From an uncultured Gemmatimonadales bacterium (lineage in GTDB: Bacteria > Gemmatimonadota > Gemmatimonadetes > Longimicrobiales > Longimicrobiaceae), in assembly GCA_963716255.1 (NCBI GenBank), contig OY970303.1:2656001-2720000 (forward strand): a stretch of 64,000 nucleotides of DNA, read 5' to 3'. A model generated the notes under the pieces. The model did no database searches. It was not told where the DNA came from and saw only the letters and a list, made by a program, of their open reading frames with translations. The translations under genes and the position numbers were made by a program. How positions within the stretch are numbered: the first letter of the stretch is position 1; every line of letters starts with the position of its first letter. Positions 41,311 through 52,200 of this stretch are shown here, one piece after another.

Positions 41311-41448
41311 GGTTGGGGCCGCTCCGGAACCAGGCCAAACGGCCGGCCTGTTTCCTACGCGGGTCGCGGAGCCACCGGAAACTGCCCCGGTGTCTCCGCT
41401 CCGGCTGCGGGAGCCTCACGCAAACAGCCGCGTGAGTCTCCCTCCGCA
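41311..41448 (-). repeat. Family-2 triple-hairpin repeat, copy B
   Basis: Three units with loops AAACGGCC, AAACTGCC, AAACAGCC; same termini as 34243-34379 in reverse. Confidence 0.8.
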
Positions 41449-41551
41449 ACATCCGTTGGGAACGGCGGGGAACCACTCGCAAGCCTCGGCACCGTACCGC
41501 ACTGCGTACTCCGCACCGACGACCATTCTCTCGCCCCTCGCCCCACCGCCC

Positions 41552-41779
41552 ATGCTCCCACCCGACCCGCGCTGGTGCGCCCGCATCGCCGCCCACCGGC
41601 ACCCGCCCGAGCCTGAAGCACTCACGACGCCCGTCGTCCCGGCGATGCCGTCTCCCCCGTCCCCGGAAGGGCTGGACGAGAGCTGCGACGTGTGCGGCTC
41701 CGGGCGGACGGAGTGGCGCAAGTGCAAGCTGGTGTGCCTGGACTGCCGCCAGATCGTCAAGAGCTGCGCCGACCTGTGA
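41552..41779 (+). CDS. Small Cys-rich zinc-ribbon-like protein
   Basis: CDVCG..KCKLVCLDC..KSCADL; start uncertain (41552 or 41645). Confidence 0.55.
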   Translation: MLPPDPRWCARIAAHRHPPEPEALTTPVVPAMPSPPSPEGLDESCDVCGSGRTEWRKCKLVCLDCRQIVKSCADL

Positions 41780-41795
41780 GCGGCGGCCCGCCACC

Positions 41796-42140
41796 TCACA
41801 GGTCGGCGAGCCCCGCGATCGCGTGCTCCCGGTCCGAAAAGAAGCGGAACTGCTTCCCGGCGCTCGCTTCGCGGGCGAAGTCCTGGAACGGGCGCGAGTG
41901 GATGGAAGGGTTCGGCACCACCGCCGCCATGCGGACGCCGTAGGTGGCGAGCCGCTGGACCAGGGCGCCGGCGACGCCGGAGCTGAGGTCGAAGAACGCG
42001 GGCGGCAGCGCGCCCTCGTCGAGGAGGAGGGCGCTCGCCCCGCTCTCGATGCAGGCGACCACGACGTCCGCCGGGTCGAACGCAACCTTGGGGCGGCAGC
42101 GGAGTACCGGAAGGGCCGCGCGCGGCGCGGGATGGTCCAT
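41796..42140 (-). CDS. DUF4180 family protein
   Basis: LPPAFFDLSSGVAGALVQRLATY, FQDFAREAS.G..FRF. Confidence 0.8.
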   Translation of the reverse strand: MDHPAPRAALPVLRCRPKVAFDPADVVVACIESGASALLLDEGALPPAFFDLSSGVAGALVQRLATYGVRMAAVVPNPSIHSRPFQDFAREASAGKQFRFFSDREHAIAGLADL

Positions 42141-42252
42141 CCCGCGGCAGGTGCGCTTCTTCCCACTCCGCCGGCCGGGCGTCCGTCGCGCCGGCCGCAC
42201 ACCGCGAATGCCAGCGAGCCCTTCCCGTCTACGCACAACCCCGCGGGCGACG

Positions 42253-43509
42253 ATGATCCGCGCCGGGCGCCCGCTCGCCCTGTGCGCGCTCGCGCTCGCA
42301 TGGGCGCTCCCCGCGGGCGCGCAGGAGCACCGGCACGGCGGGCCCGCGGCGGCGGTACGCTGGAGCGTGGGCGCGCAGGCCATCCCCCTGGTCACGCGCG
42401 CGGACCCGGCGCTGGACGGCGAGCCGCGCACCGAGGCGTACCTGACCCAGCCGGGCGTCATGGGCCACCTGTCGCTCTGGGGCGGGCGGGCGGAGGTCAC
42501 GGCGACGCTGAGCCTGGAGGGGGCGACGCTGCGGCGCGGCGAGCTGAACGCCGGGATCTGGGGCGAGGGGTACGTGGACCGCCGCCACCCCCACACCTAC
42601 CTGCACGAAGCCATGGCCGTGGTGCGCCCGCTGGGGGCGGGGCGCGCGCTGGACGTTTCGCTCGCCGCCGGCAAGGGCTTCGCGCCCTTCGGCACCGACG
42701 ATCCCATGAGCCGGCCGTTCGTGAAGTTCCCGGCCAACCACCACCTGTCCCAGGTGCTGGAGCGCGCGGTCGCCGTTGCCGCGGTGCGCGGGGGGCCGCT
42801 GCTGCTGGAGGGCGCCCTCTTCAACGGCGACGAGCCGCAGGGACCGGGCGACCTCCCCGAGTGGGACCGCTTCGGCGACTCGTGGTCGGTGCGGGGCACG
42901 CTGCTCCCGGCGGCCGGGGTGGAAGCGTCGGCCAGCCACGCGCGGCTGGAGTCGCCCGGGCACCCGCGGGGAGGCGTGCTGGACCAGCGCAAGTGGAGCG
43001 CGGCGCTGCGCTGGGAGCGCGGCGGCGCCGCGGAGGCGCGCGACTACGCCCTGGTGGAGTGGGCCCGCACCGACGAGTACGACGGCCCCCGCCGGGTCTT
43101 CCGCTTCCCCACCGTGCTCGCGGAGGGCGCCGTGCGGCGGCGCGGAGTGGAGGCGGCGGCGCGCCTGGAGCGCACCCACCGCCCCGAGGGCGAGCGCCTG
43201 CTGGATCCCTTCCGCGCCCCCGTCCCGCACCACGACCTGGCCATCCTGGGGATCACCCGCTGGACCACGCTGACGCTGGGCGCGAGCGCCGGCGCCGCCC
43301 CGCTGGCCGGGGTGAGGCTGCGCCCGTTCGCCGAGGCCCAGATGCTGCACGCCACGGAAAAGGAGTCCACCTCGCTCTTCCAGCCGCGCGCGTTCTACGG
43401 CTCCGAGCGGATGTGGAGCCTTTCCGCGGGCGTGCGGGTAGAAGCCGGCTCCCTGCACGCGCGGATGGGCCGCTACGGCGCCGCGCTGCCGGGGGCGCAC
43501 CGCCACTGA
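42253..43509 (+). CDS. Hypothetical outer-membrane beta-barrel-like protein
   Basis: Signal peptide, GEGYVDRRHPHTYLHE motif, amphipathic strands. Confidence 0.65.
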   Translation: MIRAGRPLALCALALAWALPAGAQEHRHGGPAAAVRWSVGAQAIPLVTRADPALDGEPRTEAYLTQPGVMGHLSLWGGRAEVTATLSLEGATLRRGELNAGIWGEGYVDRRHPHTYLHEAMAVVRPLGAGRALDVSLAAGKGFAPFGTDDPMSRPFVKFPANHHLSQVLERAVAVAAVRGGPLLLEGALFNGDEPQGPGDLPEWDRFGDSWSVRGTLLPAAGVEASASHARLESPGHPRGGVLDQRKWSAALRWERGGAAEARDYALVEWARTDEYDGPRRVFRFPTVLAEGAVRRRGVEAAARLERTHRPEGERLLDPFRAPVPHHDLAILGITRWTTLTLGASAGAAPLAGVRLRPFAEAQMLHATEKESTSLFQPRAFYGSERMWSLSAGVRVEAGSLHARMGRYGAALPGAHRH

Positions 43510-43555
43510 GCCGTCCGCCAGCGCGCGCCGACACCATCTTTCCAGAGGCCGGCCC

Positions 43556-44821
43556 ATGAGCCGCTCGCTCCGCACCCTCTCGGCGTCCCTCCTCGTCGCG
43601 CTCGCCGCCTGCGAGAGCGGCGGGTCCGGCGGCATCGTCGATCCCGGCGGCGAGGACTGCCCGCTGAATCCCTCCCAGGTCAACCTCGCCGGGAACCTGC
43701 GGGCCGTGGGAGAAGGGTGCGTCGAGGACCGCTACACCTCGGAGCTGTGGGTGCGGGGCGGCTGGGCGTACACCGGCACCTGGAGCCGGCGGGGAGCCAC
43801 CGGCCTGGGCGACGCGCTCAAGATCTGGGACGTGACCGGGAACTCCCCCGTCCTGCGGGATTCCGTCATCGTCGCCGACGCGGGGACGCTGGGCGACGTG
43901 CAGGTTTCCGACGACGGCAGGCTCCTGGTGGTCGCCACCGAGGGCGGACGCGGCTCCATCGTCGTCTACGACCTGGCGAACCCGCGAAAGCCGCAGGAGA
44001 TCGCCCGCCACTCCTCGGCCAACACCCAGAGCGGCGTCCACACGGCCGAGGTGGCGCGTGTCGGCGGAAAGCTGTACGCCTTCCTTTCCATCACCAGCCG
44101 CGGCTCGGTGGTGACGGTGGACCTTTCCGACCCGCGCAGCCCGCGCGAGGTGTGGACCCAGCAGACGGGGAGCCCCTTCACCCACGACGTGTTCGTCCGC
44201 GACGGCATCCTCTTCACCGCCGGGTGGAACGCCGGGACCACGGTGTGGGACATCGGCGGGGGCGGCCGCGGGGGGACGCCGGCGAGCCCGGTGCGCCTGG
44301 CCGAGATCCGCACCGCCAACGGCAAGGTGCACAACCTGTGGTGGTACCACGACCCGAGCGGGGCCAGGCGCTACCTGTTCGTGGGCGAGGAGGGGCCGCA
44401 GCAGATCGGCGTCGTCTCGTCCGGCGACATCCACGTGGTGGACGTGGGGAGCGCGAACTGGGCCGGCGCCCGCGAGGTCGCCTTCTACACCGTCCCGGGC
44501 GCGGGCACGCACAACTTCTGGGTGGACGAGGCCAGCGGTATCCTGTACGCCGCCTACTACACCGGCGGGGTGCGGGCGCTGGACGTTCGCGGCGACCTGG
44601 GCGCCTGCACCGAGGCGCAGAAGACCGACCTGCGCGACGACGTGTACGGCGGCACGGCGCGGCTCTGCGACCTGGGGAAGATGGGGCGCGAGGCGGGGCG
44701 GGCGCTGGCGGGCGGCGGGGCGGTGTCGGTATGGGGCGTGCAGATGGTGGGCAGCACGCTGTACGCGTCCGACATGCTGAACGGCCTGTGGAAGATCGAC
44801 GTTTCGCCGCTGAAGAGATAG
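43556..44821 (+). CDS. LVIVD-repeat beta-propeller lipoprotein
   Basis: Lipobox LAAC; repeated LKIWDV/IVVYDL/VVTVDL/IHVVDV; HDVFV, HNLW, HNFW, AYYTGGVRALDV, SDMLNGLW. Confidence 0.8.
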   Translation: MSRSLRTLSASLLVALAACESGGSGGIVDPGGEDCPLNPSQVNLAGNLRAVGEGCVEDRYTSELWVRGGWAYTGTWSRRGATGLGDALKIWDVTGNSPVLRDSVIVADAGTLGDVQVSDDGRLLVVATEGGRGSIVVYDLANPRKPQEIARHSSANTQSGVHTAEVARVGGKLYAFLSITSRGSVVTVDLSDPRSPREVWTQQTGSPFTHDVFVRDGILFTAGWNAGTTVWDIGGGGRGGTPASPVRLAEIRTANGKVHNLWWYHDPSGARRYLFVGEEGPQQIGVVSSGDIHVVDVGSANWAGAREVAFYTVPGAGTHNFWVDEASGILYAAYYTGGVRALDVRGDLGACTEAQKTDLRDDVYGGTARLCDLGKMGREAGRALAGGGAVSVWGVQMVGSTLYASDMLNGLWKIDVSPLKR

Positions 44822-44841
44822 GCCTGGGAGACGGGGGACGG

Positions 44842-45780
44842 GTGGAAGCAACGACGAGGGACGGCGCGGCGATCCGCTGCCGGGGGCTCCACAAGCGCTT
44901 CGGCGACACCGTCGCGGTGCGGTCGCTGGACCTGGAGGTGCTCCGCGGGGAATGCTTCGGCCTGCTGGGGCCCAACGGGGCCGGCAAGACCACCACCATC
45001 GAGATCCTGGAGGGGCTCACCGAGCCCGACGGCGGAGAGGTGGAGATCCTGGGGATGACCTGGCGCGCCCACGGCGACCGGCTGCGGGCGCGCCTCGGCG
45101 TGCAGCTCCAGGAGACCGACCTCCCCGACCGCCTGAGCGTGGAGGAAACGCTGCGCCTCTTCCGCTCCTTCTACCCGGAGGGGCGCGGCGTGGAGGAGCT
45201 GATCGACGTGGTGCAGCTGGGGGAGAAGCGGCGCACCCACGTGCGCGACCTGTCCGGCGGGCAGCGGCAGCGGCTCAGCGTGGCGTGCGCCCTGGCCGGG
45301 GCGCCGGACGTGCTCTTCCTGGACGAGCCCACCACCGGACTGGACCCGCAGTCGCGGCGCCAGCTGTGGGACGTGGTGGAGGCGTTCCGGGCCGGCGGCG
45401 GCACGGTGCTGCTGACCACCCACTTCATGGACGAGGCGGAAAAGCTCGCGGACCGCATCGCCATCCTGGACCACGGCGAGATCCTGGTGCAGGGGACGCC
45501 CCGCGAGCTGATCCGCTCGCTGGGGGCGGAGCACGTGGTGGAGTTCGCGAGCACCGTCCCCCTCCCCGAGCCCGACCTCCTGGCCCTCCCCGGCGTCACC
45601 GAGGTGCGCACCCGCGGCGACTCTACCCTCCTCACCGTCGCCGAGCCGCACCGCGCGCTCCCCGCCCTGCTGGGCGCGATCGAGTCGCGCGGCGGCGACC
45701 TGCGGGCGCTCACCACCCACCAGGCCACCCTGGAGGACGTGTTCCTGGCGAGGACCGGACGGGGGCTCCGCGATGAGTGA
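44842..45780 (+). CDS. ABC-2 type exporter ATP-binding protein
   Basis: GPNGAGKTT, LSGGQRQR, FLDEPTTGLDP, TTHFMDEAE. Confidence 0.92.
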   Translation: MEATTRDGAAIRCRGLHKRFGDTVAVRSLDLEVLRGECFGLLGPNGAGKTTTIEILEGLTEPDGGEVEILGMTWRAHGDRLRARLGVQLQETDLPDRLSVEETLRLFRSFYPEGRGVEELIDVVQLGEKRRTHVRDLSGGQRQRLSVACALAGAPDVLFLDEPTTGLDPQSRRQLWDVVEAFRAGGGTVLLTTHFMDEAEKLADRIAILDHGEILVQGTPRELIRSLGAEHVVEFASTVPLPEPDLLALPGVTEVRTRGDSTLLTVAEPHRALPALLGAIESRGGDLRALTTHQATLEDVFLARTGRGLRDE

Positions 45781-46825
45781 CCGGCTCCGGCAGAGCGAGC
45801 TGCGCCCGCTGCGCGAGCTGACGCTGCTGCGCATCCGCCAGTTCCTGCGCGAGCCGGAGGCGCTGTTCTGGACCTTCTGCTTCCCCATCATCATGGCGGT
45901 GGGGCTGGGGCTGGCCTTCGGCAGCCCGCCGGAGGAGCGCTCGCCGGTGGCGGTGGTGCGCGGCAGCGCCGCCGAGCGCCAGCTCCCCGCCCTGCGCCGC
46001 GACCCGGAGCTGGAGGTGCGGGTGCTGGACGCCGCCGCGGCGGACGAGGCGCTGCGCAAGGGCGACGCGGCCGTGGTCCTGGACGGGCGCGACACCCTGG
46101 TCTTCCGCTACGACCCGGGGCGCGCGGAGAGCCGCACCGCCCGCCTCCTCGCCGACCGCGCGGTGCAGGCGGGGGCGGGCGCCCGCGCACCGGTGGCGAC
46201 CGTGGAGCGCGCGGAGCGGCAGCGCGGCTCGCGCTACATCGACTGGGTGATCCCCGGGATCATCGGCCTCAACCTGATGAGCACGGGAATGTGGGGGCTG
46301 GGCTTCGGCGTGGTGCAGATGCGCCAGAAGAAGCAGCTCAAGCGCCTGGTCGCCACCCCCATGCGAAAGCGCGACTACCTGCTGGCGCAGATCCTCGCGC
46401 GGCTCGCGTTCCTGGTTCTGGAGGTGCCGCCCATCGTGCTCTTCGCCCGCTGGGTGTTCGACGTGCGGGTGGCGGGGTCGCTGCTGGCGCTGGCGGCCGT
46501 GGTGGTGCTGGGGACCATGACCTTCGCCGGGCTGGGGCTGCTGGCCGCCTCGCGCGCCCGCACCATCGAGGGGGTGAGCGGCCTGCTCAACCTGGCCATG
46601 CTCCCCATGTTCGTGCTTTCCGGGGTGTTCTTTCCCTCGTCGCGCTACCCGGACGCCATGCAGCCCTTCGTGCAGGCGCTCCCCCTCACCGCGCTCAACG
46701 GCGCCCTGCGCGCCGTGTACAACGACGGCCTCCCCCTCTGGGCAGCCGGCCCGGAGCTCCTGATCATGGCGGCGTGGACGGTGGGCTCGTTCCTGCTGGC
46801 GCTGCGCATCTTCCGCTGGCAGTAG
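45773..46825 (+). CDS. ABC-2 type exporter permease
   Basis: REPEALFWTF, RYIDWVIPG, LKRLVATP, LSGVFF, LPLT. Confidence 0.9.
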   Translation: MSDRLRQSELRPLRELTLLRIRQFLREPEALFWTFCFPIIMAVGLGLAFGSPPEERSPVAVVRGSAAERQLPALRRDPELEVRVLDAAAADEALRKGDAAVVLDGRDTLVFRYDPGRAESRTARLLADRAVQAGAGARAPVATVERAERQRGSRYIDWVIPGIIGLNLMSTGMWGLGFGVVQMRQKKQLKRLVATPMRKRDYLLAQILARLAFLVLEVPPIVLFARWVFDVRVAGSLLALAAVVVLGTMTFAGLGLLAASRARTIEGVSGLLNLAMLPMFVLSGVFFPSSRYPDAMQPFVQALPLTALNGALRAVYNDGLPLWAAGPELLIMAAWTVGSFLLALRIFRWQ

Positions 46826-47100
46826 GATCCGCCGGAAACATCACGGGAGCGCCCCGCGTACGGGGGTCCGGCGGTGCCGGACTCCGGGCGCGCGCGTGAG
46901 CGGTGCAAGGACTCCATGGTTGACCGCCCCGTATGGGCACTCCTATTCTACCGCACGGATCATTTACCAGACTATTCCGGCACTCCGGAACCGGCCCCGC
47001 ACGGCCGCCGGACCTCCAGCCCCGCCAGGACCATACGGACAGGTCCGTAGCTTTTCCCACGTATCAGGCACTTCACCCGCGGGGTATGGGCTCACCTACG

Positions 47101-47871
47101 ATGCGAATGGACGCGAAGGGCCTTTTCCTCGACCAGCTCGGGCTGATCGAGCGGATCATCGCGTCCATCGCCCGGCGCCACGCGCTGGTCGGGGACGACG
47201 CGGACGACTTCGCCTCCTGGACCAAGGCGAAGCTGATCGAGAACGAATACGCGATCCTCCGCAAGTTCCAGGAGCGCAGCTCCATCTCCACCTACCTCAC
47301 GGTGGTGATCGCCAACCTGTTCCGCGACTACCGCACCCGGCAGTGGGGCCGCTGGCGTCCGTCGGTGGCGGCGAAGCGGCTCGGGGCGCTGGCGGTCCGG
47401 CTGGAGACGCTGCTGTACCGCGACAGCTACACGCTGGACCAGGCGATCGAGGTGCTCCGCTCCTCCGGCGGTCCGGCCACGAGCGAAAGGGAAATCTCGG
47501 AGCTGGCGGTGCAGATCCCGGCGAGGGTGCGCACCACGGAGGTGGGCGAGGCTTCGCTGGCGTCCACGGAAGCGGGGGAGGCCGCCGACGGCGAGCTGTG
47601 GGAATCGGAGCGGATGCGGGAGTGGGAGCGCGCGCGCGGGACGCTGGAGCAGGCCCTGGCGGACCTCCCGCCCGAGGACCAGCTCATCGTGCGCCTCCGC
47701 TACTGGGAGGGCTTCACCGTGGCGGAGATCGCGCGGGCGCTGAAGCTGGAGCAGAAGCCGCTCTACCGGAGGATCGACGGCGACCTGCACCGTCTCCGGG
47801 AACAGCTGGAGGCGAGGGGCCTGGACGGTGCATGCGTGGCCGGCTTTCTCTCGAACGACTGGGCGACGTGA
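47101..47871 (+). CDS. ECF-type sigma-70 factor with an extended linker between regions 2 and 4
   Basis: Region 2 DDADDF..LRKF..STYLTVVIANLFRD; region 4 LPPEDQLIVRLRYWEGFTVAEIARAL. Confidence 0.88.
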   Translation: MRMDAKGLFLDQLGLIERIIASIARRHALVGDDADDFASWTKAKLIENEYAILRKFQERSSISTYLTVVIANLFRDYRTRQWGRWRPSVAAKRLGALAVRLETLLYRDSYTLDQAIEVLRSSGGPATSEREISELAVQIPARVRTTEVGEASLASTEAGEAADGELWESERMREWERARGTLEQALADLPPEDQLIVRLRYWEGFTVAEIARALKLEQKPLYRRIDGDLHRLREQLEARGLDGACVAGFLSNDWAT

Positions 47872-47962
47872 CGGGCCGCCGGTTCCCCGTGGACGGAATC
47901 GCCGCGGCGTGTCCGTCCAATCCAACAGGGGCTACGTATGCCCTTCCCTGGAGGACGGATCA

Positions 47963-48973
47963 ATGAGACGCGAACCGCTGGACCCGGAAGTGCCCGTGGA
48001 TCCTGAAGTTCTCGCCGCACTGCTGGACGGGACGCTCCCGCCGCACGAGCGCGACGAGGTCCTGGAGCGCCTGTCGCGCTCGCCCGGGGACTACGAGGCG
48101 TTCGTGGAGGCGGCGAGCGTGCTGCGGGACCTGGAGGACGGGAGTGGGGCGGCACCCGTGCCGCCGGCCCCGCCGACCCTTCCCCCTCCGGCATCCCCGC
48201 CGGTGCCGGAGATCCGCCCCGTCCGGCGCCGGCTCCCCGGCCCGAAGCTGTGGCTTCCCCTGGCGGCGGTCCTGGCGGGATTGCTCGTTGTCCCGCAGGT
48301 CCTGCGGAACACCGGTGGGGAGGCGCAGGCGGCGCTGGCGCTCCTCGACGATGCGCCGGTGGTCCCGGCGTCCGGTGACGGAAGCCTGACGAGGGCGCTG
48401 GGGCAGGACTGGGACCAGCCCGGATGGCCGGTGAAGCGCGGGGGCGGCGAATCGCTCCTGAAACAACGGTGGGAGTTCCGCATCGGGGTGCGCCTGGCCG
48501 AACTGGACGCCGCCGTCGACGCCCGCGACGCGCCGGCCATGTACGGAGCGGCGACCGAGTTGTCCCGGATGATGGAGCGGCTCGGCCCGGATGCGGGGTC
48601 GGTGGCGATGGATTATCCGGGGCTCGGAACCCTCGCGGCCGATCCGCAGTCCGGCCGCGACTGGGAAGCCGGCGCGCGTGCGGTGAAGGAGCTGGGGGAG
48701 GGCTTCCGGGACTCTCCGTGGCTCGGGTTGGGGATCTGGGTGGAGCAGGCGCGGCTCGCATCCCTCGCGCGCCGGGTGGAGTTCTTCGAGAGCCAGAAAG
48801 CACGAAAGGTCCTCGCGGGCCTCGCGGACTCGATCGAACAGGAGGACGCGAGAACTTCGGTCGCCCGGCACCTCCGCGATCTCGACAGCCGGATCGGCGA
48901 CGGGGTGTCGCCGGGCGAGATGGATGCGATCCGGACGAGACTGGCCGCCATCATCCGGGAGAGCGGCGGCTGA
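47963..48973 (+). CDS. Anti-sigma-like single-pass membrane protein
   Basis: GGAGGA RBS; N-terminal DPEVLAALLDGTL...RDEVLERL (zf-HC2-like pattern lacking His/Cys), Pro-rich linker, TM LWLPLAAVLAGLLVV. Confidence 0.65.
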   Translation: MRREPLDPEVPVDPEVLAALLDGTLPPHERDEVLERLSRSPGDYEAFVEAASVLRDLEDGSGAAPVPPAPPTLPPPASPPVPEIRPVRRRLPGPKLWLPLAAVLAGLLVVPQVLRNTGGEAQAALALLDDAPVVPASGDGSLTRALGQDWDQPGWPVKRGGGESLLKQRWEFRIGVRLAELDAAVDARDAPAMYGAATELSRMMERLGPDAGSVAMDYPGLGTLAADPQSGRDWEAGARAVKELGEGFRDSPWLGLGIWVEQARLASLARRVEFFESQKARKVLAGLADSIEQEDARTSVARHLRDLDSRIGDGVSPGEMDAIRTRLAAIIRESGG

Positions 48974-49223
48974 CCCTCTGTCGCCCGGGCCCGGCGGCGG
49001 GCTTCGCACCGGCCGGCGGGCCCCTCCACGCACGCACCGGGCAGCACCCGTAGCCCTTTTCTCGTGGAGGCGTCCTCACGCGCCCGCGCCGCCCGCATCC
49101 ACCGGAGGCGAGGCGGCTTTTCCGCTGCCGGCAGCCGGCCCCAACTGCGACGAACCCCACCCACCACCGGCGCCCCCGCTCACCGCGGCGCCCGCCATCC
49201 CCACCCGGTACACCCTCCCCGCC

Positions 49224-52200
49224 ATGCACCCCCTCACTGGACGGCCGGTCCGGCTCGGCCTGCTCGCGGCCGCCGGACTGCTCCTGGCGTACGCCTGCCT
49301 GCGCGAGCCGTGGGCCAGCAGGCGCCTGACCAGCATGCTGCTGCACGAGCGCTTCACGGCCGGCCGGCTGGCCGGACAGGAGGCGTGGGAGCCCTGCGTC
49401 CTCACGGACGCCGACCCGCTGGTCCCTCGCACTCGCTGCGGTCGTCCGCCGCAAGCCGACACCACCCAGGCCAGGCGGGTCCGCGACGCCCTGCGGGCCG
49501 CGCGCGAGGAGATCCAGGGGGGCTCCTCCGCGACGACTCTCCGCGCCGGGGCCCTTCTCGGCCTCCGGTCCGCCAACGCGTCTCCTGCCCACCTCGACAG
49601 CGCCGTCGCGAGGCTGGAGCAGGCGCGCCGCAGGAAGCCGAGGAGCCCGGTCATTCTCAACGACCTCGCCGTGGCGTACCTGGAGCTGGGCGAGCGCGAC
49701 CAGCAGCTCATGCCCATGCTCCGGGCGCTGGACGCGATCGAGCGCGCCTTCGCGCGGGAATCGACGCGGCCTTCGATCCTGTACAACCGCGCGCTCATCC
49801 TCCAGCGGCTCTACATGCTGGCGAGCGCGGACCTCGCCTGGAAGCGGTACCTGGCGGTGGAGCGGGATCCGACGTGGCGGGCGGAGGCCGAGGCACACGC
49901 GCGTCGCCTGGAGGCGGCGGTCGACACCGTGTCGTGGAAGTCCCTGCTGCGCTCGCCGCCCGCGCACATGAATGCGGGGGCCCGGGCCGATATCGCCGCC
50001 CGGGTGCGGCGTTCCCCCCAGGCGGCGCGCGAGTTCGGCTTTCCGCTCCTCGGCGAATGGGGGACGGCCCTGGAGCGCGGTGAGCTGGCCCGCGCGGCCC
50101 GCCTCCTGGCCCTCGCGCGGGAGATCGGCGCGGCGGCCCGGGCCCTCGGACTGGACCAGAGCGTCTCGCTGGCCGTGAGCGCGATCGATGCGGCGGCCGG
50201 AGACTCCCTCCGCCTGCGGGAGCTGTCGAGGGGGCACGTGGAGCTGGAGCGGGGCTATGGGCTCTACAACCAGGCGTTGGAAGCCCGGGCGGCCCCTTTT
50301 TTCGAGCGGGCAGAACGGGCGTTGCGCGCGGCGGGCTCACCGGCGGCCCGCTGGGCGGCGTTCTACGGTGCGGCGGCGGCGCTGAACAACGTGAAGTACG
50401 CGAACGGCGACCGCCGCCTCCGCGACCTGCTCGCCGAATCCGAACTCGAAGAGCCCGCCCTGGTCGGCAAGACCCTCTGGGCGCTGGGCCTGAGCCAGCT
50501 GCGCCGCGGCAGCTACGAAAGCGCCGGCCGCCTGTATCGCCAGGCGACACCGTACATCGTCAGGGCACGGGAAGCGGAGAACGAGGGTGCGGTGGCGGTG
50601 CTGCTCGCGGAAGACTTGACCCTGGCCGGACGGCCGACGGACGGCCAGGCCGAGGCCTTCCGCGCGCTGCGAATGCTCTCGCCCTTCCGGCGATCGACCT
50701 ACCTCAACAGCCAGCTGACCATCGTCGCGTCGTACGCGCGAAGCGAAGGGCTGGGCTACGCCGCGCTGGCGGTGGCGGACGAGATGGTGGGGGTGGCCAT
50801 GGGGATCGAAAGGCCGAAGACCAAGGCTCTCGCCCTCTGCGCGCGAATGCGCCACCTGATCGCGCTGCGCCGGCTCGCCCATGCACAGGCCGACCTGGAA
50901 CAAGCGACGTCGTGGGCGGAGAAGATCGAGCCCGGACCGGGCGGGGACCGCGTCCGGGCGCAGGTGCAGCTCGCGCTGGGACAGGTCACGCGCATCCGCG
51001 ATCCACGAGCCGCGATCCCGTTGCTGGCGAAAGCCGTCGCGACGTACAGCAGCTTCGGCGAGGAGCTGTACCTTCCCACGGCCCTGTACGAAGCGGCGCT
51101 CGCCGCGCGAGCCGTTGGAAAACGGGCCCAGGCTCGCAGCTGGCTGCTACGAGCCATCGAGCACGTGGAGCGGCAGCGGGCGTCGTTCAAGGGAACCGAG
51201 GACCGTGCCGCCTTCTACGAGACGGTGGAGAACGTGTTCGACGAAATGATCGGGATCGAGATGGAAGAAGGGCGGCCGGAAGCCGGCTTCCGGATGCTCG
51301 AGCGGGGACGGATCCACGCCTGGTCGGCAGAGGGGCGGCAGGCCTCCTCCACGGATGCGGGGGCGATCCCGGCAAGTCTGGCCGGGATCGGGGCGTCGCT
51401 GCCCGAGGACATGCTCTTCGTCGAATACGCGCTCCTGCCGGAATCCATCGTCATCTGGACGGCGTCGCGCCGCGGAACGAAGCACCACACGGTCCGGGTA
51501 CCGCGCGAATCGGTGGCGGCGCTGGTGGAGGAGTTCAGGCGCGGCGCGTCCGTGAGCAGTCCGGCCTCCGCGGCGGCGCGTGCCCGGCTCTTCGACCTGC
51601 TCGTTCGCCCGCTCGGGCGCGAGCTGGGCGGGATCCGCCAGCTCACCATCGTGCCGGACCGGGAGCTGTACCGGCTGCCCTTCGCCGCGCTGTGGGACCG
51701 GAGAGCCGGCCGATACGTCGTCGAGCGGTACCGGGTTCGAACCGTGCCGAGCGCCGCTTTCTACGTCACGGCGGCGGCGAAGGAGACGCGCGGCCCGGCG
51801 GGCGCCGGGAGCGCGCTCGTCGTCGGCAACCCCAACCTCGATCCTGCACTGGCGAGCACGCTGCCTCGCCTGCCGGGCGCCGCGCGGGAGGCGCGGGTCG
51901 TCGCCGGGCTCTACCCGGGGAGCGTGCGGCTGAGCGGCCCCGCCGCACGGCGCGACAGCGTGGTCAAGCTGATGCCGGCGCATTCAATCTTCCACTTTTC
52001 CGGCCACGCCGTCTTCAACGCCGACAAGCCCGAGCTTTCCTACCTTGCGCTCGCCCCGGACCGCTCCGGGACGGGGGGAATTCTGAGCGCGCGGGAAATC
52101 GGCGGGCTGAGTCTATCCAATGTGAAGGTGGTGGTGCTGTCGGCGTGCAGCTCGCTCAGTCCGCGGGCGAGCCGCACCGGCGCCATCGCCGGGCTGGCGT

